A DNA stretch of 37,795 nucleotides, taken from the NCBI GenBank assembly GCA_044450345.1, contig JBIOIY010000030.1:1-37795 (forward strand), in the 5' to 3' direction. This document shows positions 7,180 through 16,493 of this stretch, in pieces (the first letter of the stretch is position 1; each line of letters begins with the position of its first letter). This DNA comes from Thermodesulfovibrionales bacterium. GTDB lineage: Bacteria; Nitrospirota; Thermodesulfovibrionia; Thermodesulfovibrionales; UBA6898. Below the pieces are notes generated by a model. The model saw nothing but the letters and a program-made list of their open reading frames with translations, was not told the DNA's origin and made no database searches. Made by a program: the position numbers and the translations under genes.

Positions 7180-8687
7180 AGGTCCTTCTACTCGAACACC
7201 CGAGGGACATAACACCAGAGAGATGCAACGACATCGCGAATACGCCGCTCTCTTCATGTCTTCTGTCCGGGTATGCGGCCGGAATGTTGAAACGGGACGG
7301 ACACGATGTGGAGATAATCGAAGGCTATCTCGACAGGCTTTCGTATGAGGACATAGGGAACAATATCAGCTCGATGAAACCGGATCTTCTCGGCGTTCAT
7401 ATGGTCTACCATTGGCAGCGCGACCATGCCCTTTTCGATTTTCTCGAAAGGGTGAAGGGTGATTTTTCTCCTTACATCGCTGCGTATGGTTTTTATCCCA
7501 CTATCGCATATAAAGATATTTTGGGACAATGCAAGGCCGTCGACTCGGTCGTCCTCGGGGAACCGGAATCGCCCTTTTCGTGTCTTGCCGGTTCCTCCCT
7601 GACGGGCGGGCATATCCCCCGCATCCCGGGTCTCGCGCTGAGAGACGGATCGGGATATTTCACCGTTACAAAACCGGAGCCGATAGAAGACCTAGACAGT
7701 ATCCCCTTCCCGGTCCGCACAGACGCGTTGCTCCGGCTTCCCGAAGTGAACATCCTCGGAAGCCGCGGCTGTTATGGAAAATGTACCTTTTGCTACATCA
7801 ACACCTTCTTCAGCCGCGGGACTTCATGGCGAAGGAGGGGTCCGGAGAACATCATGGAGGAGATCGACGGCCTCATTTCCCGGACGGGACTGAGGGATTT
7901 CTATTTTACCGATCCGAATTTTTTCGGATCCGGCAGAACCGGACAGGAGAGGGCATTGCGCATCGCTTCCCTCATAAAACAAAGGGGCATCAGGTTCGGC
8001 ATCGAAGCCCGCGTCAACGACATCCATGACGAGACGATCGCTGCACTCGTCAAGGCCGGTCTCCGCCATATTCTCATCGGCATCGAGAGCGGCAGGGACG
8101 CGTCCCTCCGGCGCATGAACAAAATGACGACGGTCGCACAGAACGAGCGGGCGATCAGGGTTCTCAGGAAACACGGGGTGGAACCGAACGTGGGATTCAT
8201 CATGTTCGAGCCCGATTCCACCCTGGAGGACATCAGGACCAATTTCGAATTCCTGAGGAGGAACGACCTCCTCAGGAACCTCTCTGTTACCGCGAATGTG
8301 CTCTATCACCACCAGATCATCCTCGAGGGGACCGATGCGTATCGTGCCCTCAAGAAGGAGGGGCGGCTTGTGACGGGACAGGCTGCTTACGAGGGCACAA
8401 CCTATTTTAAGGTTCCCGAGGTCGCTTCTCTGGCCGACATCATGCGCCGGATCACTAATACCCTCTTTTCATGCATGGACGGTATCTGGTCAGGACATAT
8501 GATCGGGCCCCCCGGGGCAGGGGCAGGATATGAAAAGGTGAACCAGCTCCTCGTTAAGGCCTTCGAGAGTAGTCTTGAGGCCCTTGAATCGGGTGAAAAG
8601 TTTACTGAGGACCGTGCGTCTTCCAGAGTCTGCAAAACAGAAAAAGAGATGCTTGAAATTGTAAAACTTGATGTATATAAATTCTGA
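7176..8687 (+). CDS. bzaE: B12-binding radical SAM enzyme, BzaE-like
   Basis: SRGCYGKCTFC motif and N-terminal B12-binding-like domain. ATGA overlap with bzaD and AGGAG RBS; third gene of the C-D-E order. Confidence 0.68.
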   Translation: MKVLLLEHPRDITPERCNDIANTPLSSCLLSGYAAGMLKRDGHDVEIIEGYLDRLSYEDIGNNISSMKPDLLGVHMVYHWQRDHALFDFLERVKGDFSPYIAAYGFYPTIAYKDILGQCKAVDSVVLGEPESPFSCLAGSSLTGGHIPRIPGLALRDGSGYFTVTKPEPIEDLDSIPFPVRTDALLRLPEVNILGSRGCYGKCTFCYINTFFSRGTSWRRRGPENIMEEIDGLISRTGLRDFYFTDPNFFGSGRTGQERALRIASLIKQRGIRFGIEARVNDIHDETIAALVKAGLRHILIGIESGRDASLRRMNKMTTVAQNERAIRVLRKHGVEPNVGFIMFEPDSTLEDIRTNFEFLRRNDLLRNLSVTANVLYHHQIILEGTDAYRALKKEGRLVTGQAAYEGTTYFKVPEVASLADIMRRITNTLFSCMDGIWSGHMIGPPGAGAGYEKVNQLLVKAFESSLEALESGEKFTEDRASSRVCKTEKEMLEIVKLDVYKF

Positions 8688-8703
8688 TAACCAGGACTAC
8701 AAG

Positions 8704-8732
8704 TTGACAGGGAATTTTCTAAATGCTATAAA
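8704..8732 (+). promoter_or_regulatory. Strong sigma70 promoter of the cob operon
   Basis: TTGACA(8704-8709)-17 nt-TATAAA(8727-8732) with extended -10 TG. Confidence 0.8.
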
Positions 8733-8740
8733 AAAGTATA

Positions 8741-8928
8741 CTTCAGGTGCCGCGAGGCATAAAAGGGAATCCCGTGAGGGCCATCAGACCCAAGCCGGGA
8801 GCGGTCCCGCCGCTGTAATCCCGATTCCGGAGGATTTCCGGAATAAACGTCTCTGTCTGTAAAGGGCCACTGTTCTTCGAATGGGAAGGCCGGCAGAGAT
8901 CGGGAGAGCCAGAAGACCTGCCTGAGAG
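8741..8928 (+). ncRNA. Cobalamin riboswitch
   Basis: Conserved elements in order: AGGTGC..., AAAAGGGAATCCCGTG, GCGGTCCCGCCGCTGTAA, GCCACTG...TGGGAAGGC, B12 box GAGCCAGAAGACCTGCCTG. Upstream of a cob operon. Confidence 0.95.
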
Positions 8929-8996
8929 GTGGTCCGTATTGTACGTATGCGGACATTTCCCGTGTGAGGAAAAGAGGATGAAGTGAACCAGGGTGC

Positions 8997-9041
8997 AATC
9001 CTCAGGTCCCTTTTTCAAGGGGTCTGAGGATTTTTTATTTT
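8997..9041 (+). terminator. Intrinsic terminator of the riboswitch expression platform
   Basis: AATCCTCAG-GTCCCTT / AAGGGGT-CTGAGGATT stem running into a T-tract (9031-9041), directly before the AAGGAGG RBS. Confidence 0.8.
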
Positions 9042-9054
9042 AAGGAGGTAACAC

Positions 9055-10356
9055 ATGACACAGTTGGAAAGAGCTGCAAAGGGCGATTTGACGGAGGAGA
9101 TCAAAGCGGTGGCCGCAAGTGAAGGTTTGTCAGCGGACTTGGTCAGGGAGCGTGTGGCGGCCGGGCAGATCGTGATCCCTGACAACAGAAACAGGAAGAA
9201 GAACGTCGTCGGCATAGGCAAGGGCCTGCGGACGAAGGTAAACGCCTCGATCGGGTCTTCGACGGATATCGCCGATATCGCGATGGAGGTCGAAAAGGCG
9301 AAGATCGCCGAAAAGTACGGCGCCGACACCTTGATGGACCTGAGCGTGGGAGGAGACATACCGGGGATAAGAAAATCAGTCATGGATGCGATCGGCCTTC
9401 CCGTCGGCACCGTGCCGCTTTATGAGGCCTTCGCGCTTGCGATCGAGAAATACGGCGCCGCCGTGAATATGCCGGCGGAACTGCTCTTCGAGATCACCGA
9501 AAAGCAGTGTCAGGAGGGGGTCGGGTTCATGGCGATCCACTGCGGAATAAACAGGAAGACGGTCGAGATGCTGAGGAAGCAGCACTACCGTTATGGCGGG
9601 CTCGTTTCAAAAGGCGGCTCTTATATGGTCGCATGGATGGAGCATAATAACAAGGAGAACCCGCTCTACGAACACTTCGACAGGGTCGCCGCGATCATGA
9701 AAAAATACGATGCCGTCCTCAGTCTCGGAAACGGCTTCAGGGCGGGCGCGATCCATGACGCGTCGGACAGGGTCCAGATACAGGAGCTCCTCATAAACTG
9801 CGAACTCGCCGAACTGGGAAGGGAGATGGGTTGCCAGACGATGGTGGAAGGTCCGGGCCATATCCCGATCAACGAGATAGAAGCGAATATCATCATGGAA
9901 AAGAAGATGAGCGGCGAATCTCCTTTTTACATGCTCGGGCCGATCACGACCGATATCGCGCCCGGATACGACCATATCACCGCCGCTATCGGCGCCGCAC
10001 TCTCCTCTTCCTACGGGGCCGATTTTATCTGTTATGTGACTCCTTCGGAACACCTCGGCCTGCCCTTCCCTGAAGACGTGAGGGAGGGCGTAATCGCATC
10101 GAGGATCGCGGCACATGTCGGCGACATGATCAAGCATAAAAACATGCATGCCGACAAGACGATGTCGAAGGCGCGGCGCGATATGAAATGGGACAAGCAG
10201 TTCACTACGGCAATCGATCCGGAAAGGGCAAGGGAGATAAAGGCCAGGAGGGGCAACGGCGATGAGCATTCCTGCACCATGTGCGGAAAGTTTTGCGCCA
10301 ACGATATCCTCCGCGGCATGTTCGAGGCCGACATGAAGGGAACGGACAAGAAGTAA
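9055..10356 (+). CDS. bzaF: 5-hydroxybenzimidazole synthase BzaF (ThiC paralogue)
   Basis: ThiC fold (LRTKVNASIG, EGPGH, GYDHIT, C-terminal CTMCGKFC), but GGLVSKGG and LSLGNG replace ThiC-type SRGG/LGDG. Single copy, under a B12 riboswitch, fused in an operon with cobU/T/S. Confidence 0.85.
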   Translation: MTQLERAAKGDLTEEIKAVAASEGLSADLVRERVAAGQIVIPDNRNRKKNVVGIGKGLRTKVNASIGSSTDIADIAMEVEKAKIAEKYGADTLMDLSVGGDIPGIRKSVMDAIGLPVGTVPLYEAFALAIEKYGAAVNMPAELLFEITEKQCQEGVGFMAIHCGINRKTVEMLRKQHYRYGGLVSKGGSYMVAWMEHNNKENPLYEHFDRVAAIMKKYDAVLSLGNGFRAGAIHDASDRVQIQELLINCELAELGREMGCQTMVEGPGHIPINEIEANIIMEKKMSGESPFYMLGPITTDIAPGYDHITAAIGAALSSSYGADFICYVTPSEHLGLPFPEDVREGVIASRIAAHVGDMIKHKNMHADKTMSKARRDMKWDKQFTTAIDPERAREIKARRGNGDEHSCTMCGKFCANDILRGMFEADMKGTDKK

Positions 10357-10889
10357 TGGCCGTCATAAAGGGGAGGACTGTCTTTGTGATCGGGGGAGCG
10401 AGGAGCGGAAAGAGTACCTTCGCACTGGAGAAGGCAAGATCGTTCCCCGGCAAAAAGGCATACATTGCGACCGCAGAGCCCCTCGACGACGAGATGAAAA
10501 AAAGGATAGAAAGGCATAGAGTGGAAAGGGGCGGGGACTGGGAGACCTTTGAAGAGCCTATTAAAATAGCCCGTGTTCTGAAGGAGCTGGGAAGCGGCTT
10601 CAACGCCGCAGTCATCGATTGCCTGACGCTATGGCTGTCTAATCTGCTTCTCGGCACCGAAGACCCTGAAGAAGAGATCGAGTCGTTTCTTGCATCACTC
10701 GGGGGCGGAGGTCATCTGCCGCTCTTCGTCGTTTCGAATGAAGTCGGAATGGGCATCGTACCTGATAACGCCTTGTCAAGGAGGTTCAGGGACCTCGCCG
10801 GCCATTTGAACCAAAAGGTGGCGGCGATCGCCGATGAGGTATATCTTGTGACAGCCGGAATACCGGTGAGAATTAAACCGTGGGAATGA
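10356..10889 (+). CDS. cobU: Adenosylcobinamide kinase/guanylyltransferase
   Basis: GGARSGKS P-loop, RI.RH...R, IDCLTLWLSN, VSNEVGMGIVP; start overlaps the bzaF stop (TAATG). Confidence 0.95.
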   Translation: MAVIKGRTVFVIGGARSGKSTFALEKARSFPGKKAYIATAEPLDDEMKKRIERHRVERGGDWETFEEPIKIARVLKELGSGFNAAVIDCLTLWLSNLLLGTEDPEEEIESFLASLGGGGHLPLFVVSNEVGMGIVPDNALSRRFRDLAGHLNQKVAAIADEVYLVTAGIPVRIKPWE

Positions 10890-10910
10890 CAGCTATGACG
10901 AGGAGGGAAA

Positions 10911-11972
10911 ATGGATCTGCTTAAGAACACAACTACGTCCATCAAGCCGGTCAGTGAGGAATGGTATGCCGCAGCCCAGAAACACCTCGATAATCTGACG
11001 AAGCCCCCCGGAAGCCTCGGAAGACTCGAAGAGTTTGCGCGGCGGCTTGTGGCAATTACAGAAAACAGAAAGCCGAGCCTCGACAAAAAGGTGATCTTCA
11101 CTCTTGCCGGCGACCACGGCGTTGTGGCCGAGGGGGTCTCCGCATATCCGAAGGAAGTCACTCCCCAGATGGTATTCAATTTCCTGAGAGGAGGAGCCGG
11201 CATTAATGTTCTTGCGAGGCATGCCGGGTCTGAAATCGTTGTCGTGGACATCGGCGTCGACCACGATTTTGGCGAGGTCGAAGGACTCCTGAATATGAAG
11301 GTGATGAAGGGAACAAGGAACTTTGCGAAAGGCCCGGCCATGACAAGGGACGAGGCAATGAAATGTGTCGAGTCCGGGATAGAACTTGCGAACGGGTACG
11401 CAAAGAAGGGATACAGGATAATCGGAACCGGAGACATGGGAATAGGGAATACCACTCCTTCAAGCGCAATAGCGTCGGTGCTTACAGGGGCTCCTGTTTC
11501 AGAAGTCACCGGCAAAGGCACGGGTATATCCGATGAGGCCCTGCTGAGGAAGATCAAGGTCATTGAAGACGCGATTCGCCTCAATAAACCGGATCCCAAA
11601 GACGCGATCGACGTGCTTTCGAAGGTGGGAGGCACCGAAATCGGCGGTATCGCCGGGGTGATACTCGGGGCCGCATCAAACAGGATACCGGTCATCATTG
11701 ACGGCTTTATCTCGACCGCCGGCGCACTGGTCGCATACACTATCGAGCCCGCGGTGGGAGATTATATGTTTGCGGCTCACAACTCGGTCGAGAAGGGCCA
11801 TCGGGTGATGCTCGAAAGGATGGGGCTGACCCCCATCGTCGATCTTGGTCTGAGACTCGGGGAAGGGACCGGCGCAGCCCTTGCGATGCTCATGATAGAG
11901 GCGGGTCTGAAGATATATAAAGAGATGGCGACCTTTCAGGAAGCGGGCGTATCGGACGAGATCATAAATTGA
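10911..11972 (+). CDS. cobT: Nicotinate-nucleotide-dimethylbenzimidazole phosphoribosyltransferase
   Basis: [38 protein letters not shown]. Confidence 0.97.
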   Translation: MDLLKNTTTSIKPVSEEWYAAAQKHLDNLTKPPGSLGRLEEFARRLVAITENRKPSLDKKVIFTLAGDHGVVAEGVSAYPKEVTPQMVFNFLRGGAGINVLARHAGSEIVVVDIGVDHDFGEVEGLLNMKVMKGTRNFAKGPAMTRDEAMKCVESGIELANGYAKKGYRIIGTGDMGIGNTTPSSAIASVLTGAPVSEVTGKGTGISDEALLRKIKVIEDAIRLNKPDPKDAIDVLSKVGGTEIGGIAGVILGAASNRIPVIIDGFISTAGALVAYTIEPAVGDYMFAAHNSVEKGHRVMLERMGLTPIVDLGLRLGEGTGAALAMLMIEAGLKIYKEMATFQEAGVSDEIIN

Positions 11973-12790
11973 TGAGACAGGTGCTTCTGGCGTTTCAGTT
12001 CCTGACCATAGTGCCGGTGAAGGTTACGGGCGATATCACCGAAAAGGATGTCGCAGGCTCTGCGGCCTTCTTCCCTCTCGTCGGCGCTTTTCAGGGATTA
12101 CTGACTGCGGTGCCTGCTTTTCTTCTGATGAAGGTCTCGCGGCCGGACATCGCGGCGGCATTCGCTATTGTATTCCTTATCCTGGGTAACGGCGGCTTCG
12201 ACCTCGACGGACTCGCCGACACCATCGATGCCCTCGCAGTGAAATCATCGGGCGACGTTGAAAAAGACAGGGCAAAAAGGCTCTCGGTGATGAAGGACAG
12301 CGCCACCGGTGCAATGGGTGTGATCGCCCTGATAATGACGATCCTCCTGAAATTTGTCCTGATGCAGAGGCTTCTTTCCGATTTTCCCCTCCTCGGTGTC
12401 GTCTCAATATTTTTCCTGATGCCGGTATTCTCTAAATGGATCACGGTGCCTGCCATGTATTACGGCACCCCTGCGAGGGAAGACGGCCTCGGCAAGATAT
12501 TCATCGAGCACACGGGTTTGGCCGGTGTAATCATTTCAACGGCGTTCATCCTCTTGTTGTCCCTTCTGGTGTCTTCGCTGGACCTTATCACGACTTCCTT
12601 CGTACACAGCATTGAATTTTGCGGCGGATCTGTCATCGCATTTTATCTCCTCGGCCTCTTGGCGGTAAAATTTCTCATGAAGAGATTCGGGGGCCTGACG
12701 GGCGATCATTTCGGCGCAATGACAGAGATCTCAGAAGTCCTTTTCTTATTGGCGGCATATATATGGTTACAATCTGTCATCCGGATATAA
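11972..12790 (+). CDS. cobS: Adenosylcobinamide-GDP ribazoletransferase (cobalamin synthase)
   Basis: AFQFLT, DGLADT.D, MKDS..GAMG, FGGLTGD..GA..E; multi-pass hydrophobic. Confidence 0.95.
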   Translation: MRQVLLAFQFLTIVPVKVTGDITEKDVAGSAAFFPLVGAFQGLLTAVPAFLLMKVSRPDIAAAFAIVFLILGNGGFDLDGLADTIDALAVKSSGDVEKDRAKRLSVMKDSATGAMGVIALIMTILLKFVLMQRLLSDFPLLGVVSIFFLMPVFSKWITVPAMYYGTPAREDGLGKIFIEHTGLAGVIISTAFILLLSLLVSSLDLITTSFVHSIEFCGGSVIAFYLLGLLAVKFLMKRFGGLTGDHFGAMTEISEVLFLLAAYIWLQSVIRI

Positions 12791-12811
12791 AACTCCTGAA
12801 CGGAGGCTCAA

Positions 12812-14380
12812 ATGGCTAAGGCAATGATGATTCAGGGAACCGGCTCCGGTGCCGGCAAAAGCCTTATCGCCGCGGCATTTTGCCGGATATTCCGGAATAT
12901 GGGGCTGAAAGTGGCGCCCTTCAAGTCGCAGAATATGGCCCTCAATTCCTACATAACCATCGAAGGCGGAGAGATAGGAAGGGCCCAGGCGCTCCAGGCA
13001 GAGGCCGCCGGGATAGAACCTTCCGTTGACATGAACCCGGTGCTCCTCAAGGCATCGGGCGAAATGGGTTCGCAGGTGGTCCTTCAGGGCAAGGTCCATT
13101 CCATGATGAAGGCACACGAGTATTACGCATTCAGGAAAGAGGCATGGGAAGTGGTGAGAAAATCCTATGCAAGGCTCTCGCGGAAATACGACATGATCGT
13201 AATCGAAGGCGCCGGAAGCCCCGCTGAAATAAATCTTATGGACGTGGACATCGTGAATATGTCTGTCGCAAGGCATGCGAAGGCCCCCGTGCTTCTCGTC
13301 GGTGATATCGATAAGGGAGGGGTGTTCGCATCGCTTTACGGCACCGTAAAGCTCCTTGGAAGGGACAGCAGATATATAAAGGCCTTCGTGATAAACAAGT
13401 TCAGGGGTGACATCGGGATACTCAGGCCCGGCCTCGAAATGATCCGGGAGAAGACCGGCATACCGGTCATCGGGGTGCTTCCCTTTGTACAGGACCTGGG
13501 ACTGCCCGAAGAAGACGGCATGGCCCTTTCTCAGAACGTAAAGTACAGGAGGCAATCCGGCTCGGGTGAGGTGAGGATCGTTGTTGTGCGGCTGAAATAC
13601 ATATCGAACTTCACAGACTTCGATCCTTTTTACCACGAGCCTGATGTGGAGATCCTGTTTTCGACCCATGCCTCGGATATCGAGAATGCCGATCTCGTGA
13701 TCGTTCCCGGCACAAAGAATACGGTAAAAGACCTCCTGCTCCTGAAGGAAACCGGACTCGACAGCTGCATAAGGGAAGCCCATAAAAAAGGCGTTATGGT
13801 AATGGGCATGTGCGGAGGCTATCAGATGCTCGGCAGAAAGATTTACGACCCCCATGGAGTCGAGAGCGATCTCGGCGAGATCGAAGGCATAGGCCTCCTC
13901 GACATCGAGACCACCTTCGGTAATGAAAAGAGGACCTGCAGGGTCGAGGCGGAGTTAACGGGGATTGGGGACTGGGGACCGGGGATTAGCAGGGGTAATA
14001 CTAACCCCCGTGCCCTGACCCCTGATACCACTATTAAAGGCTATGAGATACACATGGGCGACAGCTCAGGAGATATCGGTTTGTTCAGAGTGAGAAGAAT
14101 ATCAACTGACTCCTGTAAGGGCGGGGTTACCCCGCCCCTGCAAACCACCTTGGACGGTTCGCAAAAAGGCAACTGCTGGGGCACGTATTTACATGGGCTT
14201 TTCGATAACGACCTTTTCAGGAGGGACCTCATTAATGTCCTGAGGATACGGAAGGGCCTGTCGCCGCTTAGTGCGTGCTGCTGTTATTCCGACGTCAAGG
14301 AGAAAGCGATAGATCGTCTGGCCGACGTTATCAGGGAGAATACTGACATGGATTTCATCAGGGAGATGCTCGGTTTATGA
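12812..14380 (+). CDS. cobQ: Cobyric acid synthase CobQ/CbiP
   Basis: QGTGSGAGKS, PFKSQNMALNS, EGAGSPAEINL, ISNFTDFD, GMCGGYQMLG, GTYLHG. Confidence 0.97.
   Translation: MAKAMMIQGTGSGAGKSLIAAAFCRIFRNMGLKVAPFKSQNMALNSYITIEGGEIGRAQALQAEAAGIEPSVDMNPVLLKASGEMGSQVVLQGKVHSMMKAHEYYAFRKEAWEVVRKSYARLSRKYDMIVIEGAGSPAEINLMDVDIVNMSVARHAKAPVLLVGDIDKGGVFASLYGTVKLLGRDSRYIKAFVINKFRGDIGILRPGLEMIREKTGIPVIGVLPFVQDLGLPEEDGMALSQNVKYRRQSGSGEVRIVVVRLKYISNFTDFDPFYHEPDVEILFSTHASDIENADLVIVPGTKNTVKDLLLLKETGLDSCIREAHKKGVMVMGMCGGYQMLGRKIYDPHGVESDLGEIEGIGLLDIETTFGNEKRTCRVEAELTGIGDWGPGISRGNTNPRALTPDTTIKGYEIHMGDSSGDIGLFRVRRISTDSCKGGVTPPLQTTLDGSQKGNCWGTYLHGLFDNDLFRRDLINVLRIRKGLSPLSACCCYSDVKEKAIDRLADVIRENTDMDFIREMLGL
13960..14029. 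repeat. Inverted heptamer array inside cobQ
   Basis: GGGGATT-GGGGACT-GGGGACC-GGGGATT followed by a degenerate complementary arm (CTAACCCC...TGACCCC); encodes GIGDWGPGISRGNTNPRALTPD. Confidence 0.65.
14114..14142. repeat. REP-like palindrome inside cobQ
   Basis: TGTAA-GGGCGGGG-TTA-CCCCGCCC-CTGCA. Confidence 0.65.
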
Positions 14381-15375
14381 TAGGGCCTTCCGAACTGTTG
14401 CTCGCATTCCTCGTAGACCTTGCGATCGGCGATCCGCAATGGTTGCCCCATCCGGTGAGGCTGATGGGGAAAGCGATCTCCCGTTCCGAACTCTTTCTCC
14501 GCCGTCATTTCAGCACACCTTCAGGGGAAAAGAAGGCCGGGATATTTCTCGTGCTCATGATCGTCGGGCCGTCTTTTTTGGTCACACTTGCGCTCCAGGA
14601 GGCGATTTTCCGGGGTTTGGACAGGACTTTGGTTTTTGTCGGCACCATACTCCTTGTCTACCTTATCGCCTCAACGATTGCGGTCCGGGAGCTGATAAGG
14701 TCCGCAGGGCTCGTTATCGAGTCTGTAAAGGACGGGAGTCTCGTCCCCGCCCGGCGTAAACTGAGCATGATCGTAGGACGCGATACCGAAAGTCTTTCGG
14801 AGCAGGAGGTCCTCAAGGCGGTGACCGAGACCCTCGCTGAAAACCTCTCGGACGGCGTCGTCGCGCCCCTCTTTTATCTCGCCCTCGGAGGGCTTCCTCT
14901 CGCGATGACCTACAAGGCTATTAATACGCTCGATTCGATGGTTGGTTATAAAAACGGGACCTACATCAATTTTGGTTGGGCCGCAGCGCGGCTCGACGAT
15001 ATCGCAAACTATATCCCCGCGAGGATCACGGGCCTTCTCATCGTCCTCTCGGTCTTCGTGACCGCGGTATTCAGAAGAAACGATAATCCTCTTCCCTCGG
15101 CATGCCGTGCCTTCCGGATCATGCTGCGCGACGGCAGAAACCATACGAGCCCCAACAGCGGTATCCCCGAAGCCGCGATGGCCGGAGGACTCGGCATAAG
15201 GATGGGGGGCCCTTCGAGATACGGCGGTATCCTCGTTGATAAGCCTTATATCGGCGAGACCGAAAAAGAAGGATATCTCTCCGCCTCTGAGGATGCAATA
15301 ATGCTAGTACAGGCCGCATCCGCAATGGGCGTCGGGATTGCGGCGATTCTCTTGTCTCTGAGGAGTTCACTGTGA
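14377..15375 (+). CDS. cbiB: Adenosylcobinamide-phosphate synthase CbiB
   Basis: GDPQWLPHPV, LSMIVGRDT, ETLAENLSDG, YKAINTLDSMVGY, SPNSG.PEAAMAG. Confidence 0.96.
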   Translation: MIGPSELLLAFLVDLAIGDPQWLPHPVRLMGKAISRSELFLRRHFSTPSGEKKAGIFLVLMIVGPSFLVTLALQEAIFRGLDRTLVFVGTILLVYLIASTIAVRELIRSAGLVIESVKDGSLVPARRKLSMIVGRDTESLSEQEVLKAVTETLAENLSDGVVAPLFYLALGGLPLAMTYKAINTLDSMVGYKNGTYINFGWAAARLDDIANYIPARITGLLIVLSVFVTAVFRRNDNPLPSACRAFRIMLRDGRNHTSPNSGIPEAAMAGGLGIRMGGPSRYGGILVDKPYIGETEKEGYLSASEDAIMLVQAASAMGVGIAAILLSLRSSL

Positions 15376-16493
15376 TACAGGAATCTCACGGCGGAAATAT
15401 CTATCTCCTTGCCGAAAGGCTCGGGATCGCGGAAAGCGATATCGTCGACTTCAGCGCATCGATTAATCCCCTCGGCGTCCCGAAGAGCGTGCAAGAGGCG
15501 ATGAAAGAGAATATGCGATATCTCTTTAATTATCCCGACCCCGATACAAAAAGACTGAGGCTCAAGATCTCGGAGCATACCGGTGTTAGCCCGGATTCTC
15601 TCATATGCGGAAACGGGAGTACTGAACTCATATACCTGATTGTGAGGGCGTTGAGACCCGCGAGGGTGCTCATCCCTCAGCCTACCTTCTCAGAGTACGA
15701 GAGGGCGGTGAAAAGCCAGGGGTCAGGGGCCGGGGGTCGGAGGCCGGAAATAAAATATTTCTATATGGAAAAAGAAAATAATTTCGATATAAACATCGAT
15801 GGGTTTATATCCGCAATGGGCGGTGGAAAGAACCCGTCACGCATCACGCATCACACATCACGGTCCTTCGATATGGTCTTCCTCTGTAACCCCAATAATC
15901 CGACGGGTACGCTGATCAAAAGAGAGGGCATGCTCAGGATCGCCGCTGCAGCGAAGGAACTCAAATGCGCCCTTGTCGTGGACGAGGCCTTTATCGATTT
16001 CTGTCCAGGCGCTTCGATAATGGACGAAGTCGGTAATAACCCGTACCTCATTGTTCTGAGGTCGCTCACAAAAATGTATGCACTTTCCGGGTTGAGGGTC
16101 GGCTACGCGGCCCTTGCACCTTCATTTCTGAATGCGGTAAGAGAAGCGAAAGAGCCCTGGACAGTGAATAGCCTGGCACAGGTAGCGGGGATCGTCGCCC
16201 TTGATGACGAGGCTTACAGGGCCGAGACTTTCACGGTAATCGAGAAGGAAAAGAAGGCCCTGGAAGAGGGCTTAGAGCGGTTGGGGGTCACTTATTTTCC
16301 CTCCTCTGCCAATTATTATCTCCTGCGATCTAAGAGGGCGCAGGAGCTTGCATCTTTCCTGAAAGAGAGGGCGATCCTGGTGAGGGACTGCTCGAATTTT
16401 CCGGGTCTCGACAGCTCATACATCAGGGTCGCAGTGAAGTCGAAGCATGACAACATGAGGCTCCTGGAGGAGATATCTTCATGCGCGGCGTAG
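15372..16493 (+). CDS. cobD: Threonine-phosphate decarboxylase (PLP-dependent)
   Basis: HGGN, DFSASINPLG, CNPNNPTG, VDEAF, RSLTK..ALSGLRVGY, VRDCSNF.GL. Confidence 0.93.
   Translation: MIQESHGGNIYLLAERLGIAESDIVDFSASINPLGVPKSVQEAMKENMRYLFNYPDPDTKRLRLKISEHTGVSPDSLICGNGSTELIYLIVRALRPARVLIPQPTFSEYERAVKSQGSGAGGRRPEIKYFYMEKENNFDINIDGFISAMGGGKNPSRITHHTSRSFDMVFLCNPNNPTGTLIKREGMLRIAAAAKELKCALVVDEAFIDFCPGASIMDEVGNNPYLIVLRSLTKMYALSGLRVGYAALAPSFLNAVREAKEPWTVNSLAQVAGIVALDDEAYRAETFTVIEKEKKALEEGLERLGVTYFPSSANYYLLRSKRAQELASFLKERAILVRDCSNFPGLDSSYIRVAVKSKHDNMRLLEEISSCAA
15715..15749. repeat. Five degenerate heptamers inside cobD
   Basis: GCCAGGG GTCAGGG GCCGGGG GTCGGAG GCCGGAA; encodes SQGSGAGGRRPE. Confidence 0.55.
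15837..15864. repeat. Four TCACGCA-type heptamers inside cobD
   Basis: TCACGCA TCACGCA TCACACA TCACGGT; encodes SRITHHTSR. Confidence 0.7.

Noticed and set aside
5857..8687. Lipid (ladderane/hopanoid)-type B12 radical SAM methylases
   Set aside because: No fatty-acid or hopanoid genes nearby, and the context matches bzaCDE. Not formally excluded without an HMM search.
9055..10356. Thiamine biosynthesis thiC
   Set aside because: It is under a cobalamin (not TPP) riboswitch, coupled to cobU, and has SKGG/LGNG variants; BzaF fits better.
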